A stretch of 64,000 nt of DNA from the NCBI GenBank assembly GCA_039934635.1, contig JBDTLT010000005.1, forward strand, positions 19,846 through 83,845, written 5' to 3'. The first letter of the stretch is position 1, and each line of letters starts with the position of its first letter. The translations under genes and the position numbers were made by a program. Positions 55,401 through 63,497 of the stretch are shown here, one piece after another. The stretch is from Acidimicrobiales bacterium. GTDB lineage: Bacteria; Actinomycetota; Acidimicrobiia; Acidimicrobiales; WLNW01. The notes below the pieces were generated by a model, which ran no database searches, was not told the origin of the DNA, and saw only the letters and a program-made list of their open reading frames with translations.

Positions 55401-55505
55401 GCACGCCGAGGTCTGCCGGAAAACGCTGATGAGGGTTTGCTCGATGGTCGACGCCGCGTTTCGCGCCGCAATCACAACGGAGATTGAATCGGGATCTGGG
55501 CTCAT
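52482..55505 (-). CDS. tri-domain protein: GT2 glycosyltransferase + NodS-like SAM methyltransferase + NodB-type polysaccharide deacetylase (1007 aa)
   Basis: N-terminal GT-A domain (SVVIAARNAASTIEQTL...IIVVDDGSTDDT...FLDADD). Middle domain DPWGYTNNYEQLKYTQTL...ALELACAEGHFTMRLA. C-terminal NodB motifs LTFDDGYEDF, GSHTRSHRAL and LAYPFGDVD. Confidence 0.85.
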   Translation of the reverse strand: MSPDPDSISVVIAARNAASTIEQTLISVFRQTSACWEIIVVDDGSTDDTTRVVEKWAASDSRVQLIRQAPHGVSAARNRGLRAARFVWVLFLDADDRVESRYFEHALTKLSGSRFDGVRCGWAYESSTGVVQPMPYPAPAELANLFSVTARTCPFAIHACIVRRGLVIHVGGFDEDLVVGEDWDLWQRLARTGIRLGVIPDVQAIYVLRVNSASRRDFAREISDMARVVRRGHSTDERVRNPLSEWTHGAPSSGLAAAICDCVMWTFALAAGGPFDSVAKLLGSPELSPCPEFGPNELAYELFSTVPLGRGRVVAEWPSLWPSVESEIEAAIEAFFELRNAPRAARSVRRRLQRLVATTIEEPAAVRIGHTLTQLVDIAEPPRTINVPDGVEQLVLRVARGSDVIGFATVAVLDSTVTGQEIVDAIRRQLATQLVRRALKQPGDLRRLALTVNSRVARDAVNLLLDLPARRGAGGREMIKRFARAAASGSRIAPLSVGGGDAAIVGDNAPVSGDQAFWESIFDVPDPWGYTNNYEQLKYTQTLSLIEGMRIDRALELACAEGHFTMRLAPHVGHLVAADISATALERAALRCVDHTNVEYQQLDLRNGALPQDLDLIMCSEVLYYLEPQEVSDLAGRIRDALRPDGVLVMAHAQVLTDQTTDTGFDWGHPYGAKGLGEIFAGTSGLRFCRELRSDLYRIQLFERTDPESGPGEAPQVAYIPYAQPLEPQVSRMVVWGGMHADRDQVWRHEVTDRLPILMYHSVAVSGAPALERYRIHPDRLEEQLQYLRQNAYYGITLEQWAHHLATRRAPNGRAVMLTFDDGYEDFYTNAWPLLEAYKFPATVFLVSELVGKSSDWDSDLGEPMALLDWPTIRRLQENGIEFGSHTRSHRALTTMAPREALADERAARQTFGREIGRSITSLAYPFGDVDEVTRQAMRAAGYRIGLETSSGFATVWDDPMAIPRIEVAGSDDLAAFIGKLGSSTPRSALRIGLRHVRSTARRMRGG

Positions 55506-55526
55506 GGGCGATACTTTCCCACCATC

Positions 55527-57599
55527 TTACTGACTGCCCGACGGGCCGATCCGCGCCGTCGAGAGGTGATCGGTGACCCACTCGCGATACGCCGCTGACA
55601 CATGAACGAAGCCGAGGTCGACGAGCTGGTCGACACCAACGTACCGCTGCGCGCTCGCGCGGTGTAGCGACAAGTCGAGGTCGTCGGCCAACACCGACCA
55701 GTACGCCCGGTACTCATGCGACGCACCGAGGCCATAGCGGCCGCTGCGTACCGCTTCCTCCGCTTTTTCGTAGAACGCTCGGTTGAACGGGTAATGCAGG
55801 AGCACGCAAGAAATGTCGGCTATACGGGCTTTTCGAACGTGGTGCCAAGCCACAAACGTCTCGATCTCGTCGTCGACGAAGATCAAGGCCGCTTTCGTCA
55901 GTAGGTTCTCCGACCCGAAGACGCTGCGCCGGATGCCGCCATGATGAGACTGCAACGTCGAGTCAGGACGAAGGTCGAACTCGTATGGTCGTTTCGAGAT
56001 GTCAGTGATGTCGAAGTAGGGAAATATCGACCCGAGATCCGAGGGCTCGCTCGGGGTGCGAGCGAGCGGCTCCGCCGAGAACATGTCGAGCATCTGCACC
56101 ACCACCGCGGTGTACCCATGGTGCGCGAGATAGCCCAGCAGCCCGCGCACATCGAGCCGGTCTGACTGTGGGTAGTCGAACAGCTCATCGACATCGAGAA
56201 ACACGTTCCATTTGCGATGGGAGTGTTTGCGCACCATGTAGCGCTTCATCAAGTTCTCGTGCGTTCGGTACGGGACAGAAGTGCGGAACACGCTGACGTC
56301 GTCCTGGGCGCGGAGGAACTCGATCGTGCCGTCGGTCGAACCGTTGTCGAGGAAGAGGAAGTGGGCGATTCCCAACCGGCGGTGATGGTCGAAGAACGAC
56401 GGAAGGTAGAACTCCCCGTTGCGAACCGTGGTGATCGCCAGCAGGTCGTCAGGGTCGCGTTCGATCGCGCGGGGTCCGTGTACGTGGTGGATCCTCAGCG
56501 GCAGGATCGCCGCCCGAACCCGGTCGGCGATGTTCTCTTGCCACCACCGCGCGATCCGGCTGCGAGGGATGCTGGCTGCCGTGAGCGACGTCGCCATCGA
56601 CGACCGTACCAATCGTCGAGCATCCGCGGTCGTGTCACTTGCCTCGACCACGCCGGCGTATAGCGCGCACAGTTCGGCGAACCGAGTCAGCGTCGGCGCT
56701 CCGCGCCTTCCCGGCGGCGACGTGGCGGTCCAGGCCAAGCCGCGCGCCGTCGGTCGCAAGACGAGACCGAGCAGCCCACTGCGACGCCGGCCGACGAAAC
56801 GACGAAGACCGCGTTCCGTCGCACCGGGGCCCGTGTGGAACACCACCTCGGGCTGGTCGGGATGGCGCGCGAGAAACCGAACTCGGTCGGCCCCTTGTTG
56901 GTGCATCACCCGCCAGCGGTCATCCGAGCTGGCGCCCGTAACGGTGCGGACCGCAGCGGAAGCATCGAACTCGATGACGACCCCCGCATCGAGCATGCGT
57001 ACACCGACCTCGAGATCGGCCATCTCGACGCGGCGAAAGCCGTCGTCGAACGGGAACGACCGCAGGACCTCGGTAGGGCCGGATGCATTACCGAACACGC
57101 AGTCGCGCGGATCGCGTATGAACCTGCTCTCGGCCAACCGACGGTCGCGGAGGTCGTACCACCAGTCGGCGTCGAAGGCCTCGGGGTCGGCCGACGGCAG
57201 GGCGCATGGGCCGATCAGGATCTGGCCGGCCGCCCGGTCGTGGGAACGGTGACGGTCGAGTGCATCGGAAGTCACGACGGTGCGCTCGTCCAACAACCAG
57301 ACCACCTCGCCGGTTGCGGTGGAAATTCCATGATTCCGGGTGGCGGCGATGCCCCGCGGTGAAATTTCGCGCACTTCCACCGCGGTGGGGAACTCGCGCT
57401 CGCGCTCGACAAGGTACTTTTCGACACCCTCGACCGGCCCGTCGCGAACGACGAGAACGTCGATGTGCGTCGCGATGCCCGTCGTGAAAGACGAACGGAT
57501 CGCCTGATCGATGGAGTCGAGCAACTGCTCCAGACCATCCGTGGCTCCGCACGAGCACACCACGATCGTCATCGAGCTCGCTGAGCTCAATATCTGCAT
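55527..57599 (-). CDS. two-domain glycosyltransferase (GT-A-like N-domain + Glyco_tranf_2_4/GT92-like C-domain)
   Basis: Track ORF 55527..58208 trimmed to ATG 57599 (alternative ATG 57572); the upstream part is antisense to the GT2 at 57618. The C-domain reads FLFLDNGSTDGTIEFL...FLDVDELFDYP. Confidence 0.75.
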   Translation of the reverse strand: MQILSSASSMTIVVCSCGATDGLEQLLDSIDQAIRSSFTTGIATHIDVLVVRDGPVEGVEKYLVEREREFPTAVEVREISPRGIAATRNHGISTATGEVVWLLDERTVVTSDALDRHRSHDRAAGQILIGPCALPSADPEAFDADWWYDLRDRRLAESRFIRDPRDCVFGNASGPTEVLRSFPFDDGFRRVEMADLEVGVRMLDAGVVIEFDASAAVRTVTGASSDDRWRVMHQQGADRVRFLARHPDQPEVVFHTGPGATERGLRRFVGRRRSGLLGLVLRPTARGLAWTATSPPGRRGAPTLTRFAELCALYAGVVEASDTTADARRLVRSSMATSLTAASIPRSRIARWWQENIADRVRAAILPLRIHHVHGPRAIERDPDDLLAITTVRNGEFYLPSFFDHHRRLGIAHFLFLDNGSTDGTIEFLRAQDDVSVFRTSVPYRTHENLMKRYMVRKHSHRKWNVFLDVDELFDYPQSDRLDVRGLLGYLAHHGYTAVVVQMLDMFSAEPLARTPSEPSDLGSIFPYFDITDISKRPYEFDLRPDSTLQSHHGGIRRSVFGSENLLTKAALIFVDDEIETFVAWHHVRKARIADISCVLLHYPFNRAFYEKAEEAVRSGRYGLGASHEYRAYWSVLADDLDLSLHRASAQRYVGVDQLVDLGFVHVSAAYREWVTDHLSTARIGPSGSQ

Positions 57600-57617
57600 C
57601 CTGATAGTTTGCCCCGC

Positions 57618-58475
57618 GTGACCGAGGCCGCGACCCTTCCTTCGGTCAGCGTCGTCGTCGCCTTCTTCGACGAGGAGCCTTACCTGGCCACGGCGATCGA
57701 CACTGTCCTTCGCCAGAGCGTCGTCGACTGGGAATTGTTGCTCGTCGATGACGGCTCCCGGGATGGGTCGGCAGCGATCGCCGACGCGGCGGCTGCCTCC
57801 GACCCGCGTGTGCGGGTGCTGCGCCATCCCGGCGGCGTCAACGCCGGGCTCCCCGCGAGTCGCAACCTCGGCCTTGCCGCGGCGAGAGCCCGATATCTCT
57901 GCTACCTCGACGCAGACGACGCGTGGGTGCCGGAAAAGCTCGCCCGCCAGATGGCGATGATGGTTGCCAATCCATCCGCTGCCATTGTGTGCGGCGCGTC
58001 CTGGCGCCAGCCGATCGATCCTGGCGTTCCCGCACGGCTCGCAGTGGTGTCCCGACGCGCGCCGCGTCTCCTGCGACGCGGCCAGTTCCCCCGCCTGATG
58101 GTCCGAGGGGTCGTCCGTACGCCACCGCCGTCGGACGTGATGTATCGCACTCATGCGCTGCGCCAAGCCGGTGGTGTGCCTGCTGGCCCCAACATGCACG
58201 AGGACCAACGCACGTTCATCGCCGTGACGCTCCGTTCACGGGCCATGGTCTCCGCCGAGGCGTTGACGATCTATACCGTTCGATCTGATTCGGTCTACGG
58301 GTCTCAGCTGAGCGACCCGATGCAGCAGGTTCGCCAACATGCGGTTTTCGAGGCGTGGGTCACCGCCTACGGTCTTCGCCAAGGCCCCTTCGGCCTAGCG
58401 CTCGTCGCGACCCTTCTCCTTCATCGCTTCCGGCGCGGGTTGACTCGCCGCATAAAGCTCGTCTTCGGGCGCTGA
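57618..58475 (+). CDS. glycosyltransferase family 2
   Basis: VSVVVAFFDEEPYLATAIDTVLRQSVVDWELLLVDDGSRDGS...YLDADDAW. GTG 57618 is preferred over TTG 57609. Confidence 0.85.
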   Translation: MTEAATLPSVSVVVAFFDEEPYLATAIDTVLRQSVVDWELLLVDDGSRDGSAAIADAAAASDPRVRVLRHPGGVNAGLPASRNLGLAAARARYLCYLDADDAWVPEKLARQMAMMVANPSAAIVCGASWRQPIDPGVPARLAVVSRRAPRLLRRGQFPRLMVRGVVRTPPPSDVMYRTHALRQAGGVPAGPNMHEDQRTFIAVTLRSRAMVSAEALTIYTVRSDSVYGSQLSDPMQQVRQHAVFEAWVTAYGLRQGPFGLALVATLLLHRFRRGLTRRIKLVFGR

Positions 58476-59668
58476 GGCTGCGGCGCCTCTACCGCTACCC
58501 CGACCGCGTGCTGGCGGCGCGCCTCGACTCGCCGCACCGAACGGCCGTAGGCACCCGTCCAGCCCACGACGAATCCAACGCCGAGGAGGGCACAGTGCCC
58601 GCGGCGGTAGCGCCCGGTACGGCGCGGGCCGCGAACGAAGTCGGCGACGAATCCGCGGATCGTCCATCGAGACACGCCTCGGATGCGTGCACGGAAGTCG
58701 GGTCTCATCCGATACCACTTGTCGAGCACCGCCGCCCAGCCCTTTCCCCATGTGTAGTACTGGTAGCGCAGCTCGGACCATGTTTGGCGGTGTTCATGGA
58801 AGACAACGGCCGATGGCTCATAGATCACCCGGCCGGTGATCGCCATCCGAATCATCATGTCGAGGTCCCCGCCGCCCGGAAGCGGTCGGCCCGTGTCGAG
58901 CGCGTCGTCGAACGGACCGACGTCGGCGAGAGCGTGTCGTCGGAACGCCATGTTGCAACCCACGCCCATGCCCGGGCGGAACGGGAGGTCCGGACTGTCG
59001 GACTCGGAGAACCCCATCGCATGCCAGCCGAGCGAGAACCCGCTGGACCGCTCGAAGTCGACACGGGCGGGGGTGTCGAGACTCATAGCGAGCACCTGGC
59101 CGCTGACGGCCGAGGCTTCGGGATGGGCGGCAAAGGCGCGGGCCAGCGTGCGCAGCCAGAACTCATCGACGACCACGTCGTCGTCGACGAAGGCGATGAG
59201 CTCGCCGCGACTTTCGCGGACCGCACGGTTACGCGCGAAGTCGAGCCCCGGAATCGGCTCGCGCTCGCATCGCGCTCCGCCGTCCTCCGCCGCCCGACGG
59301 GTGGCGTCGTCGCGTGAGTCGTTGTCGACGACGAGTAGATCGAGTTCGACCTCTTCGGCGGCGTTCGCGGCGGCGACGATGGACCGGAGACAACGCGCCA
59401 GCAGTTGGGGGCGGTTCCGGGTGCACACGGCGACGGTAATCCGCACGCGGCAGTCCGTCGGACCTGGCGGATCGTCATCGCGCATCGTCAGCTGTTCGAC
59501 AACGAGGGCGATGCGCTCGGGTAGTGGTCCGTGGAAGAGACGCGATCCGACCGGAACCCCGGCTCGTCGGGCGACGACCAACGCGCCATCGACGGCACCG
59601 AGGCTGACGTCCTTGTCGCCGGCGGTTTCGAGATCGAGATCGACGACCCGATAGTCCACCGTAGCCAC
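58421..59668 (-). CDS. glycosyltransferase family 2
   Basis: Track ORF 58421..60028 trimmed to GTG 59668, downstream of the preceding gene's stop at 59715. ITVAVCTRNRPQLLARCLRSI...LLVVDNDSRDDT...AFVDDDVVVD. The start is uncertain. Confidence 0.75.
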   Translation of the reverse strand: MATVDYRVVDLDLETAGDKDVSLGAVDGALVVARRAGVPVGSRLFHGPLPERIALVVEQLTMRDDDPPGPTDCRVRITVAVCTRNRPQLLARCLRSIVAAANAAEEVELDLLVVDNDSRDDATRRAAEDGGARCEREPIPGLDFARNRAVRESRGELIAFVDDDVVVDEFWLRTLARAFAAHPEASAVSGQVLAMSLDTPARVDFERSSGFSLGWHAMGFSESDSPDLPFRPGMGVGCNMAFRRHALADVGPFDDALDTGRPLPGGGDLDMMIRMAITGRVIYEPSAVVFHEHRQTWSELRYQYYTWGKGWAAVLDKWYRMRPDFRARIRGVSRWTIRGFVADFVRGPRRTGRYRRGHCALLGVGFVVGWTGAYGRSVRRVEARRQHAVGVAVEAPQPQRPKTSFMRRVNPRRKR

Positions 59669-59714
59669 GAGCAGCAACGGTACCTGACGAGCGCTGTCCC
59701 AAGAGTCCTCGCGG

Positions 59715-60857
59715 TTATGCCGGGCTCGCGCCGAAGGAGTCGTAGGACTCACCGGTTTCGTCGGCGCGACGGCGTCCCGCCGCGTGTTGGTATTCGGACA
59801 TACCGCCGGGTTCCCACGGGGTAACCGAACCGGCGGCGATCGCGTAGGGCGATTTGCCCACGACACCGAGACGGTCGCGTGCGTCTTCCACCGGGAGTTC
59901 GGCATAGCTGAACCAATCGACCGACAGAAAGTCGATGCTGTGGTTGCTCGCGGCCGACAGCGCGCCGCGCCGCATCGCGTCGGCAAGGCGGGCCGCCATG
60001 CCTTCATGGGAGAGATGCCCACGGTCATACTCGAAGAGCCCCATCCCGGCCGCGGCGTAGCCGGTTTCGAACAAGCTCACGATCTGCGCCAGAAGGGAGA
60101 AGGCCCGCGGATCGTCGTTGGCGCGCGCGATGAACGCAAACACTTCGATCTCTGATTCGACCGTCGAACCGTAGTCGGCGAGCACGTGCACCCAGTCGTG
60201 TTGTGCCAGCAGCGGCGGCGCGCTGCCCGTCTGGCCCGGGAACGCGAAACCGCGAGCGTCGTAGAACCGCGACACGCCGCGGCCGAGTGTGCCCTCCGGA
60301 AGATCTCGCAGCGATTGCCACCGCTGCGCGAGCGCGGCGTCGCGCACGCACTGCTCCCATGCGTCGTTCAGCTCACGAGAGCTGTGCAGCGCGCCGCTGC
60401 GCGCCGGGTCCCATGTCGCCATGTATCCGCTGCGCTGGAAGTCGACGAGCGCGAGCCCGAAGCTGCCGCGTGCGAACCGGTGTGCCACTCGCAACATGTC
60501 ATTGCTGACCCCGAGCTCGTCGGCGTAGCGATCGATGCGGTCGACAACCGTTTCCGGCAACGGGTTCAGTACGAGTGCGGACAGCAGCATGAACTGCACC
60601 ATGCGCGAACGAAACAGCTCGTTTCGTCCTCGCATCGCCGAGGCGAATTCTTCGGGCCCGAGTCGCGGGACGGCCACCACGGGCACGGCGAAACCCGTCA
60701 TCGAATCGGTGATCGCTTCGATCATCATGCGCTGCAGGCTCGTCAGACCAACGGCCGCTGCGGTTGCACCGGCGACGCCGCCGGCGATGATTCGAGATTC
60801 GGCGGCGTCCGGCGGACCGATCTTTTCTTGTCCGACGTCTGGGAACGGAATGGGCAT
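59715..60857 (-). CDS. hypothetical protein with Coq4-like HDxxH-x(n)-E motif
   Basis: 380-aa ORF. QHDWVHVLADYGSTVESEIEV resembles the HDxxH...E zinc-ligand motif of the Coq4 family. Family assignment is tentative. Confidence 0.55.
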   Translation of the reverse strand: MPIPFPDVGQEKIGPPDAAESRIIAGGVAGATAAAVGLTSLQRMMIEAITDSMTGFAVPVVAVPRLGPEEFASAMRGRNELFRSRMVQFMLLSALVLNPLPETVVDRIDRYADELGVSNDMLRVAHRFARGSFGLALVDFQRSGYMATWDPARSGALHSSRELNDAWEQCVRDAALAQRWQSLRDLPEGTLGRGVSRFYDARGFAFPGQTGSAPPLLAQHDWVHVLADYGSTVESEIEVFAFIARANDDPRAFSLLAQIVSLFETGYAAAGMGLFEYDRGHLSHEGMAARLADAMRRGALSAASNHSIDFLSVDWFSYAELPVEDARDRLGVVGKSPYAIAAGSVTPWEPGGMSEYQHAAGRRRADETGESYDSFGASPA

Positions 60858-60974
60858 GTCTCATCTTACGGAGATCGGCGATTGCGGCACCGCGCGGGCG
60901 TGGTTGGCCCGTCCGGAGTGATTGAATGGAGGTTCGGTCATGGGGATGTGAACCTCTAGCCAAGAGAGGACACC

Positions 60975-62801
60975 GTGAGCGGAGTTCCGATCGGCGACTA
61001 CGCATTGTTGTCCGACCGGCATTCGGCCGCGCTGGTGAGCCGCGACGGCTCGATCGACTGGCTCTGTATGCCGCGTTTCGACAGCGGATCGGTGTTCGCC
61101 CGCTTGCTGGGTGACGAAGCCGGTCACTGGTCGATCGCGGCGGTCGGCGCAACTGAAGTGTCGCGCCGTTACGTCGATCAAACGATGGTGATCGAGACGA
61201 CGTTTCGCACGCCCACCGGTGTCCTCACCCTCGTCGACGCGCTGGCGACCGGCGAAGGAAATCAAGGTCATGAACTCGGGCATGGTTCGCCTCACGTTCT
61301 GCTGCGCCTCGCGACGTGCATTGTGGGCGAAGTGGAGATCGAAGTCGAATACGCGCCTCGGCCGGAGTACGGCTTGATCTATCCGTTGCTTTCGGCGGTC
61401 GAGGGTGGTGTACGCGCGACCGGCGGGGCCGACGTGCTGGTGCTGTCGAGTGCGCTGTCGATCGACATCGCCCATTCGACTGCGCGCGGTAGTGCCGCAT
61501 TGGTGAGCGGCGAGAGTCTCGGATTCGCGTTGCATCACAGTGCAAGCGATCGACGCGACGACGCCCGGATCTGGAGCCAACCCGAGATAGCCGACCGGCT
61601 CGAGGGCACGATCGCCGCGTGGGAATCGTGGGCGGCGCTGCATCAATCGTACGAGGGGCCGTGGCGCGAGCTCGTCCATCAGAGCGGCCGTGTACTGCAA
61701 GCGTTGTCGTTTGAGCCGACGGGCGCGATCTGCGCGGCGGCAACGACGTCGTTGCCCGAACTCGTGGGCGGGAGCCGCAATTGGGACTATCGGTACTCGT
61801 GGGTACGCGATGCGAGTTTCACGATCGAGGCGCTCTGGGTTGCTGCGTGTCCCGACGAAGTGAACGAGTTCTTCGACTACATGACGACATCGGCCGCCGC
61901 ATCGATTGGACGCGGTGACGACCTCCAGATCATGTTCGGAATCGGCGGAGAGCACGACCTCTCGGAGCGAGAGCTGCCGCACTTGCCGGGGTGGCGCAAC
62001 AGCGTGCCCGTGCGGGTGGGCAACGGTGCGTGGAACCAGCGGCAGCTCGACGTATACGGCGAACTCCTCAACACGGTCTACCGACTCTCTGATCAGTTCA
62101 CCGATCTTGCGCCCCACACGAAGACGTTCTTCGTCAATCTGGCCGACGCTGCGGCGCGCCGGTGGACCGAGCTCGATCACGGAATCTGGGAGGTGCGGGG
62201 GGAACCGCGTGACTTTGTGTATTCGAAGCTCATGTGTTGGGTTGCGCTCGAACGCGCCGTCGCGCTCGCCGATCGACTCGACGCGCGCAATCACGTCGAT
62301 GAATGGGAGCGTGTCCGCGGTGAGATCCACGATGCGATAGTGACCAAGGGTTGGAGTGACCGCGCCAACGCGTTCACCCAGTCGTTCGGGTCCGACGATC
62401 TCGACGCATCGAATCTCACGATGGCGCTCGTCGGTTTTCTACCGGCCGACGATCCCCGCTTGCTGGCGACGATCGACGCCACCGAGCAGCGACTCACCGA
62501 CGAGCGCGGTCTGGTCTACCGCTACCGATCGCCCGATGGACTCGAAGGCGAAGAAGGAACGTTCCTCGTGTGCACCTTCTGGTTGGCACACGCGTTGGCA
62601 CTCACCGACCAGCCCGAGAGGGCGCGCGCGGTTTTCGAGCGGGCCGTCGGCTACGTCAACGACGTCGGGTTGCTCTCCGAAGAGGTGGACAGCGAGACCG
62701 GTGAACTGCTCGGCAACTTCCCCCAGGCCTTCAGCCACATCGGTCTTGTGAACGCGGCGTGGGCGATTTCGGAAGCCGAACGTCGCCGAGACGCCTCATG
62801 A
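60975..62801 (+). CDS. glycoside hydrolase family 15 (glucoamylase/trehalase-like)
   Basis: GTG start with AGAGAGGA upstream. The N-terminus IGDYALLSDRHSAALVSRDGSIDWLCMPRFDS is the hallmark of bacterial GH15 proteins. 608 aa. Confidence 0.9.
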   Translation: MSGVPIGDYALLSDRHSAALVSRDGSIDWLCMPRFDSGSVFARLLGDEAGHWSIAAVGATEVSRRYVDQTMVIETTFRTPTGVLTLVDALATGEGNQGHELGHGSPHVLLRLATCIVGEVEIEVEYAPRPEYGLIYPLLSAVEGGVRATGGADVLVLSSALSIDIAHSTARGSAALVSGESLGFALHHSASDRRDDARIWSQPEIADRLEGTIAAWESWAALHQSYEGPWRELVHQSGRVLQALSFEPTGAICAAATTSLPELVGGSRNWDYRYSWVRDASFTIEALWVAACPDEVNEFFDYMTTSAAASIGRGDDLQIMFGIGGEHDLSERELPHLPGWRNSVPVRVGNGAWNQRQLDVYGELLNTVYRLSDQFTDLAPHTKTFFVNLADAAARRWTELDHGIWEVRGEPRDFVYSKLMCWVALERAVALADRLDARNHVDEWERVRGEIHDAIVTKGWSDRANAFTQSFGSDDLDASNLTMALVGFLPADDPRLLATIDATEQRLTDERGLVYRYRSPDGLEGEEGTFLVCTFWLAHALALTDQPERARAVFERAVGYVNDVGLLSEEVDSETGELLGNFPQAFSHIGLVNAAWAISEAERRRDAS

Positions 62802-63464
62802 ATGGTGAGTACGAGAGAGGGCGTCCGCAAGCCGTGACGAGTCGGTGAGGTCTCCGGGGAGCAGCATGCGCTCGAAGGAAGCGCACGCTGCCTGTACCAA
62901 CTCGAGCGTCGCGTCACCGATGCAATCTGCCGGCACCACGACGAAGAAATCGTGCTCGATTGCGTCTCGCACCGTTGATTCGACACACCCGGTAGCGGCG
63001 ACGCCGGACACGATGAGCGTCTCGACGCGCAGGGTGTGGAGCAGATCGACGAGATTCGTACCGACGAACGCGGAGCGACGGTACTTGCGCAGCAAGATGT
63101 CGCCAGAGGTGGCGGTGATCTCGTCGTGGAGCTGCCAACCCCACGTGCCCTCGATGCAGTGGACCGGCTCGAAATTCGGATAGCGGAGGTTGTCCGCGAT
63201 CCAGCGTGGTGATGCGTACGCGCCCTCGGAATGCTGAGTGACGAGTGTGTAGATCACGGGTATCCCATGCTGTCGGGCGAGCGAGACCAGTCGCGCGTTC
63301 GCGGGAACGACACGGCTGATGTACGACACGTCCATCGACTTCGCGCAATGGCCGGCCGGATGAACGAAGTCGCGCTGCAGATCTACGACGACGAGTGCGG
63401 TGCCGCGCGCCAGTCGCTCTTCATGCGTTTCCGGAATGTTGTGCCCGAAGTATTCGAACGCCAT
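62796..63464 (-). CDS. isochorismatase family cysteine hydrolase
   Basis: ALVVVDLQRDF (catalytic Asp region) and GVAATGCVESTVRDA (nucleophile Cys). Confidence 0.85.
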   Translation of the reverse strand: MAFEYFGHNIPETHEERLARGTALVVVDLQRDFVHPAGHCAKSMDVSYISRVVPANARLVSLARQHGIPVIYTLVTQHSEGAYASPRWIADNLRYPNFEPVHCIEGTWGWQLHDEITATSGDILLRKYRRSAFVGTNLVDLLHTLRVETLIVSGVAATGCVESTVRDAIEHDFFVVVPADCIGDATLELVQAACASFERMLLPGDLTDSSRLADALSRTHHS

Positions 63465-63497
63465 GTCTTACCCTCCCGGCCGAGACCCTTTCCGCCA

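Noticed and set aside
57600-57617. An 18-nt AT-richer spacer between divergent GT genes, considered as a shared promoter.
   Set aside because: It is too short to hold two promoters. More likely one or both starts are further inside (ATG 57572 is an alternative), so nothing can be concluded.
60929-60956. A 7-bp inverted repeat (GAGGTTC...GAACCTC) upstream of the GH15 gene.
   Set aside because: It is short, has a 14-nt loop and no supporting context. It is compatible with chance.
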